Assembly: GCF_001194135.2 (NCBI RefSeq)
Contig: NC_068987.1
Coordinates: 61,236,378-61,297,422 of the forward strand
Origin: Octopus bimaculoides
Lineage: Eukaryota
DNA length: 61,045 bases
Direction: 5' to 3'
The translations under genes and the position numbers were made by a program. This document shows, in pieces, positions 27,403 through 39,909 of this stretch (position 1 is its first letter; every line of letters starts with the position of its first letter). The notes beneath the pieces are model-generated. The model did not search any database. It was not told the origin of the DNA and saw only the letters and a program-made list of their open reading frames with translations.

Positions 27403-28416
27403 GAATGATACTATGTTGGTAATAAATTATAAATGAGTGATTTACTATTAAAACAGTTCGCTAATTTAATATAAAACAAATGTGATGCTGTGTATAAATG
27501 AGCATTTCCTTATAGAGTAAAAGATAAGGTTCCACGAGGACTAGTATGTGATATGGTTTTAACTCTTAATTCAAATGAATTTTATGTTATCTCTGCCCCT
27601 AATGTTTTTGAGAAATTCCAAGAAATCATGATATCCTGTTTTTCCACCTTTTTAAACTTCTGGCCTTGCACTTAGTCAGTGGCACAGCATGGGTTTTGGC
27701 TGCTCTGTGCAGTAGCGAAATTGGCCACCCTGTGATGTAGCCAAATTTGTTACCCGCTTCTTTAAGCATAATATACCTTCAACTACACAAAATACAAATA
27801 TATAAAAGTATCATCCTGCATAGTATGAACACTCCACACACCACATGTAATGACACTGAACCTATTGAAAATAAATGTTCAATCCATTTCCCCAAATATC
27901 AACCTGTCAGATGGAACTCTCCACTTCCTATCATCATCTCAAAACTAGCAAAAACTTCAATTCCAGCATCAAACTTACAAACTTTACCCATATGTCTTTA
28001 TTTTCAAACTCAAAAGGGACATAGACTGAGTATGGGTACTTTCCCCACCCTTTGAGTCTTGAAATACAATCTAAATATGTCATCTATTTACAGCAAACCA
28101 CTAATTAATGCAACCAGTCACAGTATGATGATGAGCATGTAATAAGAGATATCCCTCATCTTTTGTCAGTTTGGAACATTCTCTTTTCTAGTATCTGATG
28201 CTGAAGAGGAGATAGCCACTCTGAAACACAAACATTATTCATTTGGTTAGAGGACACTTCGAACTCAATTGGTGTTTCTACACCTATTTGCCTACAAGAA
28301 AATTTTGAATAGTGAGAAATAATACAGGATAAATGCAATAGGATTACCATCTGTTTATTATATTAATGATTAAAAAAAAATATTTCTTGTCATGTGAAAT
28401 ATGGAGAAATACTCAC

Positions 28417-28580
28417 TTTTACAAGTTGGAAACTTGATATCATAGTAAACATCTTCAAATATGATAGGCAGTGTAGTGTGGTCTCCATCGAGCTCAAGAC
28501 ATTCAGCAGCAAGTGGTGGGAGGTTAACAAAGTACGGCGAGTTACGCACCATTGTTGCACAGTCAGCATGGCTGTGAATG
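28417..28580 (-). CDS. FAM135: FAM135-like exon (phase 2 to 1): IHSHADCATMVRNSPYFVNLPPLAAECLELDGDHTTLPIIFEDVYYDIKFPTCK
   Basis: Acceptor ttgtcattttcacag, donor AAA|gtgagt, 164 nt. Carries the LPPL.AEC.ELDGD...LPIIFED motif that I recognise as diagnostic of FAM135A/B. Confidence 0.95.
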
Positions 28581-28831
28581 CTGTGAAAATGACAATAACA
28601 AAGAGAATCATCACCACTATTACCAATATTTTAATATTTAGTTTACATGGATTAAATAGAACAAGGTGTAATCACATCTGCAAGGGCTAACATTTTGCTG
28701 CTACCTGACCATATCTTGATTCTTCTACAATGGATATCTTCCACAACAAAGCCAAACTTTCCACTTTAATGTCCAGTTTATTATAGGCTTTGATGAAATT
28801 TCAGAAGTAGATTCTCATCTTTCACCTTTAA

Positions 28832-29048
28832 CCCTTTAGCATTCAGATTACTCTGTCAAATGTAATGCTTATTTATTCACATTGTCTTGAATTAATCATG
28901 TATTATCTCATCACTTTGAAATTTCAATGTAATGGTTTATTTTTAGAATGACATTGTAGCGTAGGTGTGACAGGTTGGATATGGCTAGTTTGAATATAAA
29001 ACAGGTAAATTATTTAGGCCGGATGTGGCTGGTTTAAATGTTAAAAGG
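28832..29048. mobile_element. TTAA-flanked piggyBac-type MITE, family D (other copies about 22678-22890, 33134-33339, 34986-35192, 43474-43682, partial 37650-37766)
   Basis: TTAA|ccctttagcattcagattac...aaatgttaaaagg|TTAA. Same ~210-bp body in all full copies. Confidence 0.82.
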
Positions 29049-29293
29049 TTAAAGTGTATATAAGAGATGACTAGATACATATACAATACAGGCTTCTTAT
29101 TATGGTTTCCATCAACCAAATTTACTCACGAGTCTTTTGTCAGCCTTGTGCTATAACAAAAGGTACTTTCCCATGATACTGTGTAGTGGAATTGAACCTA
29201 AAGCCATTTGGATGCAAAACAAACTTCTAAAAACCACAGCCATAGCTGCATGTATATGTGCATTTTATTGTGCATGTGTGTGTGTGTGTGATA

Positions 29294-29325
<32 letters not shown>

Positions 29326-29332
29326 ATATAGA

Positions 29333-29364
<32 letters not shown>

Positions 29365-29876
29365 ATATTGATGTGTGTGTGTGTGTGTGTTATATATGTA
29401 TATATATCATCATCATCATTTGATATCCATTGTCCATGGGTTGGATNNNNNNNNNNNNNNNNNNNNNNNNNNNNNNNNNNNNNNNNNNNNNNNNNNNNNN
29501 NNNNNNNNNNNNNNNNNNNNNNNNNNNNNNNNNNNNNNNNNNNNNNNNNNNNNNNNNNNNNNNNNNNNNNNNNNNNNNNNNNNNNNNNNNNNNNNNNNNN
29601 NNNNNNNNNNNNNNNNNNNNNNNNNNNNNNNNNNNNNNNNNNNNNNNNNNNNNNNNNNNNNNNNNNNNNNNNNNNNNNNNNNNNNNNNNNNNNNNNNNNN
29701 NNNNNNNNNNNNNNNNNNNNNNNNNNNNNNNNNNNNNNNNNNNNNNNNNNNNNNNNNNNNNNNNNNNNNNNNNNNNNNNNNNNNNNNNNNNNNNNNNNNN
29801 NNNNNNNNNNNNNNNNNNNNNNNNNNNNNNNNNNNNNNNNNNNNNNNNNNNNNNNNNNNNNNNNNNNNNNNNNNNN

Positions 29877-29923
<47 letters not shown>

Positions 29924-30151
29924 ATGTGTGTGTGTGTGTACATATATACACACATACACACTGGTACACTGCCACACAAAAAGCATCCAGTACACTCTAT
30001 AAAGTGGGTGGTATTTGAAAGGGCAGTCAGTTGTAGAAATCCTGCCAAAGCAGTCAGTAGAGTTTGGTGCAGTCTTCTGGCTGTCAAACTGTCCAGCCCA
30101 TGCCAGCATGGAGGGTAGACATTAAATGATGATGATGACGAAATCTATAAA

Positions 30152-30365
30152 TATAGGGTGCAGCAAAATAACCTCAGCTTCACCATTCTTGATAAATATT
30201 TCAACAGCAAATGCACTATGTACACCAGTCCAAACCATTATGGTAACTGGAATAAAAAAATAAAAAGAATGATAAAAAAAACATTAGCTACATTGTTTGG
30301 ACCAGCAGACACCATGTGTTTGCTGTAGAGAAATTTATCAAGACTGGTAAATCTGTGATTCTTTT
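30152..30365. mobile_element. Tc1/mariner-type N-terminal fragments in both orientations
   Basis: Minus strand reads MVWTGVHSAFAVEIFIKNGE from 30238. Plus strand reads WTSRHHVFAVEKFIKTGKSV from about 30298. Confidence 0.6.
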
Positions 30366-30396
30366 GGTTTGGGTTTTTTTTTTTTTTTTTTTTTTT

Positions 30397-30933
30397 NNNN
30401 NNNNNNNNNNNNNNNNNNNNNNNNNNNNNNNNNNNNNNNNNNNNNNNNNNNNNNNNNNNNNNNNNNNNNNNNNNNNNNNNNNNNNNNNNNNNNNNNNNNN
30501 NNNNNNNNNNNNNNNNNNNNNNNNNNNNNNNNNNNNNNNNNNNNNNNNNNNNNNNNNNNNNNNNNNNNNNNNNNNNNNNNNNNNNNNNNNNNNNNNNNNN
30601 NNNNNNNNNNNNNNNNNNNNNNNNNNNNNNNNNNNNNNNNNNNNNNNNNNNNNNNNNNNNNNNNNNNNNNNNNNNNNNNNNNNNNNNNNNNNNNNNNNNN
30701 NNNNNNNNNNNNNNNNNNNNNNNNNNNNNNNNNNNNNNNNNNNNNNNNNNNNNNNNNNNNNNNNNNNNNNNNNNNNNNNNNNNNNNNNNNNNNNNNNNNN
30801 NNNNNNNNNNNNNNNNNNNNNNNNNNNNNNNNNNNNNNNNNNNNNNNNNNNNNNNNNNNNNNNNNNNNNNNNNNNNNNNNNNNNNNNNNNNNNNNNNNNN
30901 NNNNNNNNNNNNNNNNNNNNNNNNNNNNNNNNN
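30397..30933. other. Assembly gap (others 1141-1676, 9814-10008, 24458-24717, 29447-29876, 51481-51532)
   Basis: Runs of N, mostly bordered by microsatellites, poly-T or repeats. Confidence 0.99.
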
Positions 30934-32376
30934 ATATATATATATATAATGAAAGCAATAAATACAAAATTGAAAGAAGACAACATTGGAGAAACAAGTT
31001 TCAACAAATATTGTATTAGCTTAACACTTAAGAACAGGGGATGGATGAATGGGCAGACATAGATATTTCTTGCATTTGCACATACCCAATTGACAACTGG
31101 TAATTAACTGAATTGATAACAGTACATACCTGTCCATGATGGATGTAAAGTTAAATTAACTTGGTGGTAGGGTGCATAGAATATATAGATGTGGACATAA
31201 ACAGCATAAGGAAAAATAATTAGAAGTTGATGAAACTAGTGGTTGTCTCCACTGACAAATACCATCTAATATATAATTTGTAGAATAAGATAAATTTGTT
31301 TTCTGTAAGGACAGGTGAGTTAAGCTCCAATGTTCCAGACAGGACTCTTCTTTGAAGATATGAGACATGTGTGGAAAGCCTTTCAAAACATTTCTCATTC
31401 CCAGTTTCTTTTACAAAGTTCATGACTTGTTTTATACTGGCACAGATTATCACTAGTTTTCATGGATTCTAGAGTCTCCCCTCTCCCTGCCACCACTGTT
31501 CTATGCTCCTCTACTTTAACTATGCCATTCACAACCTTCCAAGACACTTGCATTTATTTTTTTCAAGAAAAGTCCTACCAGAAACATCAAGACTCACTGA
31601 TCCTCAGAGAATATCATCTTTTTACACAAATTTTATTAAATACTGAGGCATTGATACTGATGTCCTATAATTTCTGCCTATTGAGTAACCAAACAATAAA
31701 ATCTAATGAACACAATGGATGGAGAAAGAGAGACAGACAATAAACACAGCTGCAGACTGTATGACCAATGTACTCATAGAGGATAGGCCTTTCTTATAAT
31801 ACACAAGGTTTCTTCTGCTAAGAGTGACACAACCCCAGGGTGAATATTGTTCTCATAATTTTTAACTGCATCTTCTTTTCTTTTGAATTCATCTTTCATT
31901 CATGTAACAATCCAGTGACATGAATGAAGGATATTATTATTGTTGCTTTCATGACTACTTTGAATGGGAGTAACTCCCACCTCAAATTGCCCACTTACTA
32001 CAGAATACGCAAAAGAACTATTACAGTATTAATCCATGCACAAAGTGGGAGGAGAGACAAACACATTTTCTTCAACAACCACTCCTCTCTTTAAATCTGT
32101 ACTGGCCATTCTAAAACTTTTTGGAATGGGCATACACCCATTCCATGATTTAAACAGGAAGAAATTCTGTAGAAGCCCAGATACAGTTAAAAGAAAAATA
32201 ATGGTAACAATTCCATTGGTCAAAAAGCATCAAAAGTAAAGCAAATTTGGGGAAAAAAACTGATCAGTAATGTTTCAACATAGACTACTTGCTGAAACAT
32301 CATTGGAATTTTAAAAATAAATAAATAAAGAACAACAGAACCAAGAAAATCACTGCATAATGTTTGAAGTTCCTAC

Positions 32377-32532
32377 CCGTTGCTGATGATGATCAGAAGC
32401 AAGCTGATATATAACAAAGGAATCTAAATTGATAGTATCCAAGAACTGGTTCCATAGAATGACATTCTCAGCACACAGTTGTGTTACATGGGTACTTGCC
32501 CGTTCCAGAAGATCTTCCTCATTATCAAATTT
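32377..32532 (-). CDS. FAM135: FAM135-like exon (phase 0 to 0): KFDNEEDLLERASTHVTQLCAENVILWNQFLDTINLDSFVIYQLASDHHQQR
   Basis: Acceptor ttatttgtttacag, donor CGG|gtagga, 156 nt. Resembles the FAM135 QLC...LW.QFL...L...HH..R helix. Not in the ORF track. Confidence 0.92.
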
Positions 32533-34314
32533 CTGTAAACAAATAATTAATAGATATAAACCATCTTTTAATACAAAAAGTCACTCAATTTGGGGTTATT
32601 TTTTCGATAAACACTGCTTTACAAAATTAGTCCATCTGAAAGTCTTTTACTTTGAATCATAAAAGCTTTGTGGTTAATATGTCCAAATGCTTGGACATCA
32701 CAATCTGAAATCTTGACAAGCCTTAATGAACACCTGTTGGGTCACCATATTTTGTTATGCAACCATACTATACTACAAAGTATATTAAATACTTTTATAA
32801 GTCAATACTGTGTTAGCAGTGCTACACCCATTATCCATTTCTCATCTTTGATCTTATGGTTGTTTACATTAGGCATATCAGATATGAAATGCCATAACAA
32901 AAATCAGTGCTGGCTATAATTTCTATAGAAAATCTGTAGAGATAACCTTAACAAAACAAATTTTGTCTTAACCCTTTTGTTACCATATCCCTGTTGAAAT
33001 ACACTACCTCTTTTTTCAATTAATTTTGAAAACAATGAAAAATTTATTAAAATAACTTTGTCATTATTTAGCTCGTGTCTAGAAAATAAATTAACAGGAA
33101 CTTAAAGGAAGATTGTAATTTTGATCACTTTAACCCTTTAGCATTCATATTATTTTGTCAAATGTAAAACTTATTAATTCACAATATTCTGAATTTATCA
33201 TGCATTATCTTTTAGTTTTAAGATTTCAATCTTGCAAGTGTTTACTTTTAGAATGACATTGAAAGGTGTGGGAGGCTGAATATGATCAATTTAAACATAG
33301 GCTTGGTAGAATATTTTGGCTGGTTTAATTGCAAAGAGGTTAAAATGGAGAATTTGCATTATAGAACTTGGAGCTGTTTCAAGCAAGTTTGTATTAAAAG
33401 GATTAAGTTATAACCCAATTTTGCAGTCAAGTAGTTTGTATAAGAAAAAATACCTTGTGTTTTAAAATGTATGAATGAGGCTTACACTAAGTTAATACAA
33501 ACAGAACACCTGTGCCAATGGCACATAAGAAGCTCCTTTTGAGTACTGGGCCTCACGGAAGTAATGACAAATGACTGAGACCTTTGGCAATATATCATAC
33601 TTGAGTAGAAGACCCATCAAGCCAAGTGAAATTGTAACCATGGCAGATACTGGTATCATGCAACTGGCACATAAAAGCACCTGTTACACTCTTGGAGTGG
33701 TTAATGTTAGGGAGGGCATCCAGCCATAGAAACCATGCCAAGTCAGACTGGAGTCTGGTGCAGCCCTCAACTTACCAGCTCTGGTCAAACCGCCCAACCC
33801 ATGCCAGCATGGACAACAGACATTAAATGATGATGGTGATGATGATGATGAGAACAGGCAGCAAAAGATGAGATGGAAGTGAGACATCTTAAGTGGCTAA
33901 GGATGAATGAGGAGTGAATGTTGTACAAAAGCTGATGAAATGAAGATCACAGAACAGAATAATGAATAAACAAGTAATAGTTGTACAGATTTAGGAACTG
34001 CCAGAGGACAAGAGAAACAAATGGAAAAAGAGAACGGAGAGTAGGGAGATTTATTTTAATGTATGATGTCTTTTTTATTAATCTAAACTGTTTAATTGTA
34101 AACATTCCTATTATCCATTCAATCCGTAAAGATTTTCCAAGTGATCTGTTAGTTGTTAATTAAAAAAATGTAGGCATTATTGGTAATTATGATAGAAAAA
34201 GAACGCAATCATGTTGATAATGAAAAGTAAAGACAATTACATCCAATATCTCAGTTTAAGTAAATCCCAATCAAGAAATGAGAAACCTATGGGGTGAGGG
34301 AGGAATGGAGAGAG

Positions 34315-34383
<69 letters not shown>

Positions 34384-34443
34384 AAGAGAGAGTGTGTAAA
34401 TTTTGTAGTGGTGTACAGATTTTATATATTAATAAAAAAAGGT

Positions 34444-34531
34444 AATATCATTTGCTGAGCACTTCCATCTCCTTCAGGGATTCATCATGATGAATCCCTG
34501 AAGGGGATAAAAGTGCTCAATAAATAATATT
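34444..34531. repeat. 88-nt foldback with a perfect 34-bp central palindrome
   Basis: ccttcagggattcatca|tgatgaatccctgaagg at 34471-34504. Outer arms pair at 21 of 27 positions. Confidence 0.92.
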
Positions 34532-34595
34532 TATCCAAATCCTGATCCCCAACTTCTTTTATTAATACATGAAATTTCTACACCACTATAAAGTT

Positions 34596-34657
<62 letters not shown>

Positions 34658-35783
34658 CATAGCATAGTTTACACTTATTACTCCTATGTCTATCTGCATT
34701 TCAAGGGTCTTATTTCTTTACCTAATAAAATCATATAAGAATAAGGGAAATTAATAATAAAATAATAGAAACTCCATAACTCTAGTTTAGCCATAAAACA
34801 TCAAAATATCTCGAAAATATAAAAAGAAAGAAAAAGGAAAATATTTTTAGGAATTCCAAGTTTTATAAAATACATATTTCTTGAATCAATCTATCTGAGA
34901 AATACATCTTCAAGGACATTCATTTATTGATAGCAAAATGGGACATATCAAACCCATACTAATTAGTTTCCTAGATCAAAATTAACCCTTTAGTTTTCAG
35001 ATTACTCTATCAAATGCAATGTTTATATATTCACATTGTTTTGAATTGATCCTACATTATCTTATAACTTCAAGATGTCAATGAAGTGATTGTTTATTTT
35101 ACAATGACGTGTGAGGGCCTGGATCTGGCCAGTTTGAGCATAAAATAGGCAGAATATTTTGGCCACATATGGCTGGTTTAATTGCTAAAGGGTTAAACAA
35201 ATGTTCTGGAGAAATATCTTCACACCACAAGGTCTTATCGAACATGTCTGGAAAGTTCACCATCATCAATTCACTGCAGGGAAAGTTCACCATAAGGAAT
35301 GTTCATCGCCAGGAAAGTTTATGGAGAGATAAGTTCACAATAAAAGAATAATTATACTACTACACAGTAAACTTTCTTCAGGGTGAATAAATGGTGGAGA
35401 ACTCTCCTGCAATGAATTGATGGTGGTGAACTTACTTGTAGTCTTTATAGAGTGATTTTAAAACAAGAGAAACTTACAGTTATAACACTAGAGTCAGGAT
35501 TCATCACTAAAAGTTCATTACTAAAAGGCATATTGTAAGATTTTCTGACTTACATCACTCCCAATAAAGCAGTTTCAATGTGAGTGCTCAACCTACTAGA
35601 AATAGCAATCAAATTTTTCTCATTACTGTTTGAAAAAGAAAAGAAGACTTGATGGTCACAGCTGAAATGACTTTGATCGTAGAACTATTTGATAATGCTG
35701 AACAACAATCTACTTGGAAATTTGATGAAACAGAAATAAATTGGAGTTACCACAGATAAACCCTTTAGCATTCAGATTACTGT

Positions 35784-37055
35784 TTGAGCTAGAGAAGAAG
35801 TTCCAGGTATGGAAACAAGGCCTAGAATCAAAGGGCCTTAGAGTTCACCTAGCAAAACCAAAGTCACAGTAAGTAGGAAGGCAGACAAATCACAAATTCC
35901 TCAGGTAGATGGCCTGCTCAATCTGTAGAAAAGGTAGAAACTCCAATAAGAAGCACTCAGTGTAAGCTTTGGACACACAAAAAGTGCAGCAACATCAAAG
36001 GAAGGCTAACAGAGAAACTAACTTTTGTATGCGAAAGGTGCACAGGCATAATAAATGCTGAACATGTGCGTAAAATAGACTCCATCAACTGCCAGGGGGG
36101 CAAGCTAGAGGTAGTAGTTGACTTCTGGTATCTAGGCAACCAGGTTAGTAGTGGAGGTGGATGTTCTGAGAGCATAGCCATGAGAATAAGATTAGGTTGA
36201 GCAAAGTTCAGAGAGTTTCTACCTCTGCTGGCAACAAAGGGCCTCTCACTCAAAGTGAAAGGCAGATTGTTTGATGCCTGTGTGCAAACAGCTACGCTGC
36301 ATGGCAGTGAAACATGGGCTATAACAGCCAAGGACATGCATAGGTTTGAGAGAAATGAAGCCAGTATGCTTTACTAGATGTGCAATGTCAGTGTGCATGT
36401 TCGACAGAGTGTAAGCATCTTGAGAGAAAAGTTAGGCATAAGAGGCATCAGATGTGATATGCAAGAGAGACAACTGCACTGGTATGGTCATGTGATGCGT
36501 ATGGATGAGGACAGCTGTGTAAAGAAGTACCAATCTTTAACTGTAGAAGGAACATGTGGTAGAGGTAGACCCAGGAAGACATGGGACGAGGTGGTGAAGC
36601 AATGACTAGTGACCGAAATCTGTAGCAATGTGTTCTACTTAAGAGGACCCATCAAGCCAAGTGCACCCGTGCTGGTGGCACATAAGAAAATCAACCTTTG
36701 AACGTTGGGCCTCATGGAGGCAAAATGGGTGAGTTCCTTTTGAGTGTCGGGCCTCATGGAGGCAATGACCAAGACCTTTGGCATTATGTCATGCTTGAGA
36801 AGAAGGCCCATCAAGCTGAGCAAAATCGCAGTCATGGCAGATATCAGAGCCACACAAATGGTACCTGTGCTGGTGGCACATAAAAACACCCATTACACTC
36901 TCGGAGTGGTTGGCGTTAGGAAGGGCATCCAGCCATAGCAAACCATGCTAAACCAGAGAGGTGCCTGGTGCAGCCTTCCAGTGTGCCAGCCCGGTCAAAC
37001 CGTCCAACCCATGCTAGCATGGACAACGGATGTCAAATGATGATGATGATGAAAT
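35784..37055 (+). mobile_element. Decayed 5'-truncated RTE LINE of the same family as 775-1776
   Basis: Frameshifted ELEKKFQVWKQGLESKGLRV, LHGSETWA, LHWYGHVMRMDE and GRPRKTWDEVV segments, then the 3' UTR and (GAT)n. Inserted just after the start of a TTAA MITE at about 35758. Confidence 0.88.
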
Positions 37056-37059
37056 GTAA

Positions 37060-37635
37060 ATGTATCAGTGTGCATGTACAACAGAGCGTAAATGTCTTGA
37101 GGGAAAAATTGGGCATAAGAGGCATCAGATGTGGTGTGTAAGAGAGACAAATGTGCTGGTATGGTCATGCAATGCGTTTTGAGAAGGACAGCTGTGTAAA
37201 GAAGTGGAAGGGACGTGTGGAAGAGGTAGACCCAAGAAGACAAGGGACTAGGTGGTGAAGCATGATCTTCAAATGTTGGGCCTGATAGAGGTGATGACAA
37301 ATGACTGAGACTTTTCACGATATGCTGTACTTGACAAGGCTCATCAAGCCAAGTAAAACTGTAGTCATGGCCATTGCCAGTATCATGTAAATGGCACCTG
37401 TGAAATCGTAGTCGTGGTTGTTGCTGGTATCATGTAAATGGCACCTGTACTGGTGGAATGTAAAAAGCACTCATTACACTCTTGAAGTGGTTGGCATTAG
37501 GAAGGGCATCCAGTCATATAAACCATGCCCAATCAGACTGGAACCTGCTGCAGATCTCCTGCTTACCAGTTCCAGTCAAACTGTTTAACCCATGCCAGCA
37601 TGGAAAGTGAATGTTAAATGATGATGATGATGATA
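37060..37635 (+). mobile_element. Second shorter RTE 3' fragment in tandem
   Basis: Repeats the gggcataagaggcatcagatgtgg...gtagacccaagaagac sequence and the same 3' tail with (GAT)n. Confidence 0.75.
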
Positions 37636-38727
37636 CATACCTTGTCTCAGTTTATCTTTAGAATAGCATTATAGGACAGGTGCAAGAGGCTAGATCTGGC
37701 TGGTTTCAATATAAAATAGGTAGAATATTTGGCCCTGATATGGCCAGTTTAAATGCTATAGGGTGAAGGCATATGACTTGATTGAAAAGAACTGTTTACC
37801 TTTTTGATACCAACCTGCTTGAGACTACAAAGTGATCTAAATTATTACCTTCCAAAACAATTTCTTGTTAATCTTATGTTCCAAACAACAGCTTAATATT
37901 CATTCCCACTACAAGTACAAGGCCTGGAATTTTTAAGGGATGGGATTTGTCAATTACATCAACCCCCTGAGTTCAACCAGTACTTATTTCACTGAACCTG
38001 AAAGGATGAAGTTGACTTTAGCAGAATTTGAGCTCAGAACATAGAGACAGACAAAATGCTTAGCAGCATTTTGTCCGTGCTGACAATTCTGCCAGCTTCA
38101 CTATCTTAGACAGCAGCTTAATAAGGACAGTAATTTTACAAAATTCTTCATTATTTTCAAAATTAATTACAGGGAAAGGTAGAAATATGGTAACAAAAGG
38201 GTCAAAACACTGGCTTGTTGTTTCAAATTACATCATATATAAAAACTCTAAGCCTACCAAATTACATCACATATAAAAACTCTAAGTCTATTTCAGTTTA
38301 TTTGATGCTAAAAATACTAACCAGCTTTATTTTATCAAATTATAAAACATTGATGGGAAATAAAAAAAAAATTCAATTTCCATGCATTAAAATCAGAATG
38401 TCTTTAATATTTTCATCTCCAGCATCTTGCCAGAAAGTAATTCTTGTTTGACACTTAAGGTCAAACACTAATTGAAAATCTTCACCCCACTTGACAAAAA
38501 TATGTTGGGGCTATTTAAGTTACAAATCTACATTTATGATATTAAAAAAAAAAAAAAACAGAAGAGATACTCTTTTTTTTTAATATTCTAATTTATCCTA
38601 TAATAAAAAAAAAAAGGAGCTACAAAGAAACTTGTCTGTTTAACAACAGATAGACTGAACATGTAGGAAAGAAAAAGTATATAAGAAAACTTGAAAAGAA
38701 CTTTCAGGCAAATGGTTGTTTACTTAC

Positions 38728-38777
38728 CTGTAAAACTTTCATTAATTCTTCTAGTTTGGTATGACAATCTTTCCTCT
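38728..38777 (-). CDS. FAM135: FAM135-like small exon (phase 1 to 0): (E)RKDCHTKLEELMKVLQ
   Basis: Acceptor ttttttttccccag, donor CAG|gtaagt, 50 nt. Bridges the phases of both neighbours. Not in the ORF track. Confidence 0.9.
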
Positions 38778-39764
38778 CTGGGGAAAAAAAAAAGAATAAA
38801 AATAAAAATAAAAAATAAGAACGTCATTAATCATTTCCAGCAAAATCACATTTCATGTCAGCTTATTTTATGAGTGCTATTAAATACAGTTGTTAAGGGG
38901 TAGAAACATTAGAATACCTGACTAAACACTTGTTAGTGTATACTTTTTATTATATATATATATCCCGAGGACAAAAAGAATAGCGAAGTGCCATACTGTA
39001 GATCTTTTCAACCCATGCAAACATGGAAAACAACACCAATGACAATGATGGCAATAAATCATATTTTTAATATCCATATTTTCTATATTGGTATATTTTG
39101 TTGGTTCTGAAAAGCTGAAGCAAGTATTATATAACAACTGAAGAACCATATTACAATGGAGTGGGACAGAATATCTATTTCTCTATAAGGTGAACGCAGT
39201 CAGGTAATTTGCCTTGTCTTTAAAATATTGTTTCAAATTTTGGTACAAGGCCAACAATTTCAAGGGAGGGGACAAGTCGATTACATTGGCCCTCAGTTCC
39301 CAACTGGCATTTATTTAATCAATCCTGTAAAGATGAAAAGTTAAGTCAACCTCGGTGGAATTTGAACTCAGAACATAAAGATGGATGAAATGCCACTAAG
39401 CATTTTACCCGGCATGCTAACACTGCATTGCTGTCTGAGATTGCTTCAGACTCTATGATACAAATACTTTGTTTTAAAGCGATTTAAATGTAAAACTTCC
39501 ATCATAATTTCAAGTTAATTTATTTTCCATACACCAGCTAATTAACAACAAGTTATCTTACAAAAGTCTTCATTAATTTCAAAATCGAATGAATCAACAG
39601 CAGTATATTTCAAGAGAAATATAGTAATGAAAGGTATAAATACATAAATCTTGCATTAAACAATCTCAGTACCATCTTCTAAGTCTCAAAAATATCACAG
39701 AAAGCAATAATAAAACATTGCTCTTTTTATACATTGGTCTGATATACCTAGTTAAAATACTTAC

Positions 39765-39909
39765 CAACAGTAGGTAGGTTTGACATTAACTTACTATAGC
39801 TTACAAAGGTTTCTTGTAAACTTTCATAAGCTGAAAGTAGAATGTGGCAGATTTTTCGATGTGTGTAACAAGCACCCTGTAAACTTGAAGAGCTGATGAA
39901 AAGTGAACT
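39765..39909 (-). CDS. FAM135: FAM135-like internal exon (phase 0 to 1): SSLFISSSSLQGACYTHRKICHILLSAYESLQETFVSYSKLMSNLPTV
   Basis: Acceptor tttctttttgcag, donor TTG|gtaagt, 145 nt, open frame. Matches the FAM135 H...LC..LL.AY..L segment. Confidence 0.9.

Noticed and set aside
28390-28690. ORFs 28394-28690 (+), 28390-28626 (-, hydrophobic), and likewise 26136-26345, 2974-3228 and 58202-58522
   Set aside because: They are antisense or off-frame shadows of true FAM135 exons and their pyrimidine tracts.
831-31062. Long ORFs full of X (831-1768, 9727-10038, 24364-24864, 29265-30118, 30288-31062)
   Set aside because: They are artefacts of N-gaps lacking stop codons. Only frame +1 at 781-1140 is real (RTE).
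31220-31453. ORF containing FERLSTHVSYL, faintly like LERASTHVTQL in exon 32377-32532
   Set aside because: Similarity is limited to a few residues and no matching splice sites exist, so it does not support a duplicated mutually exclusive exon.
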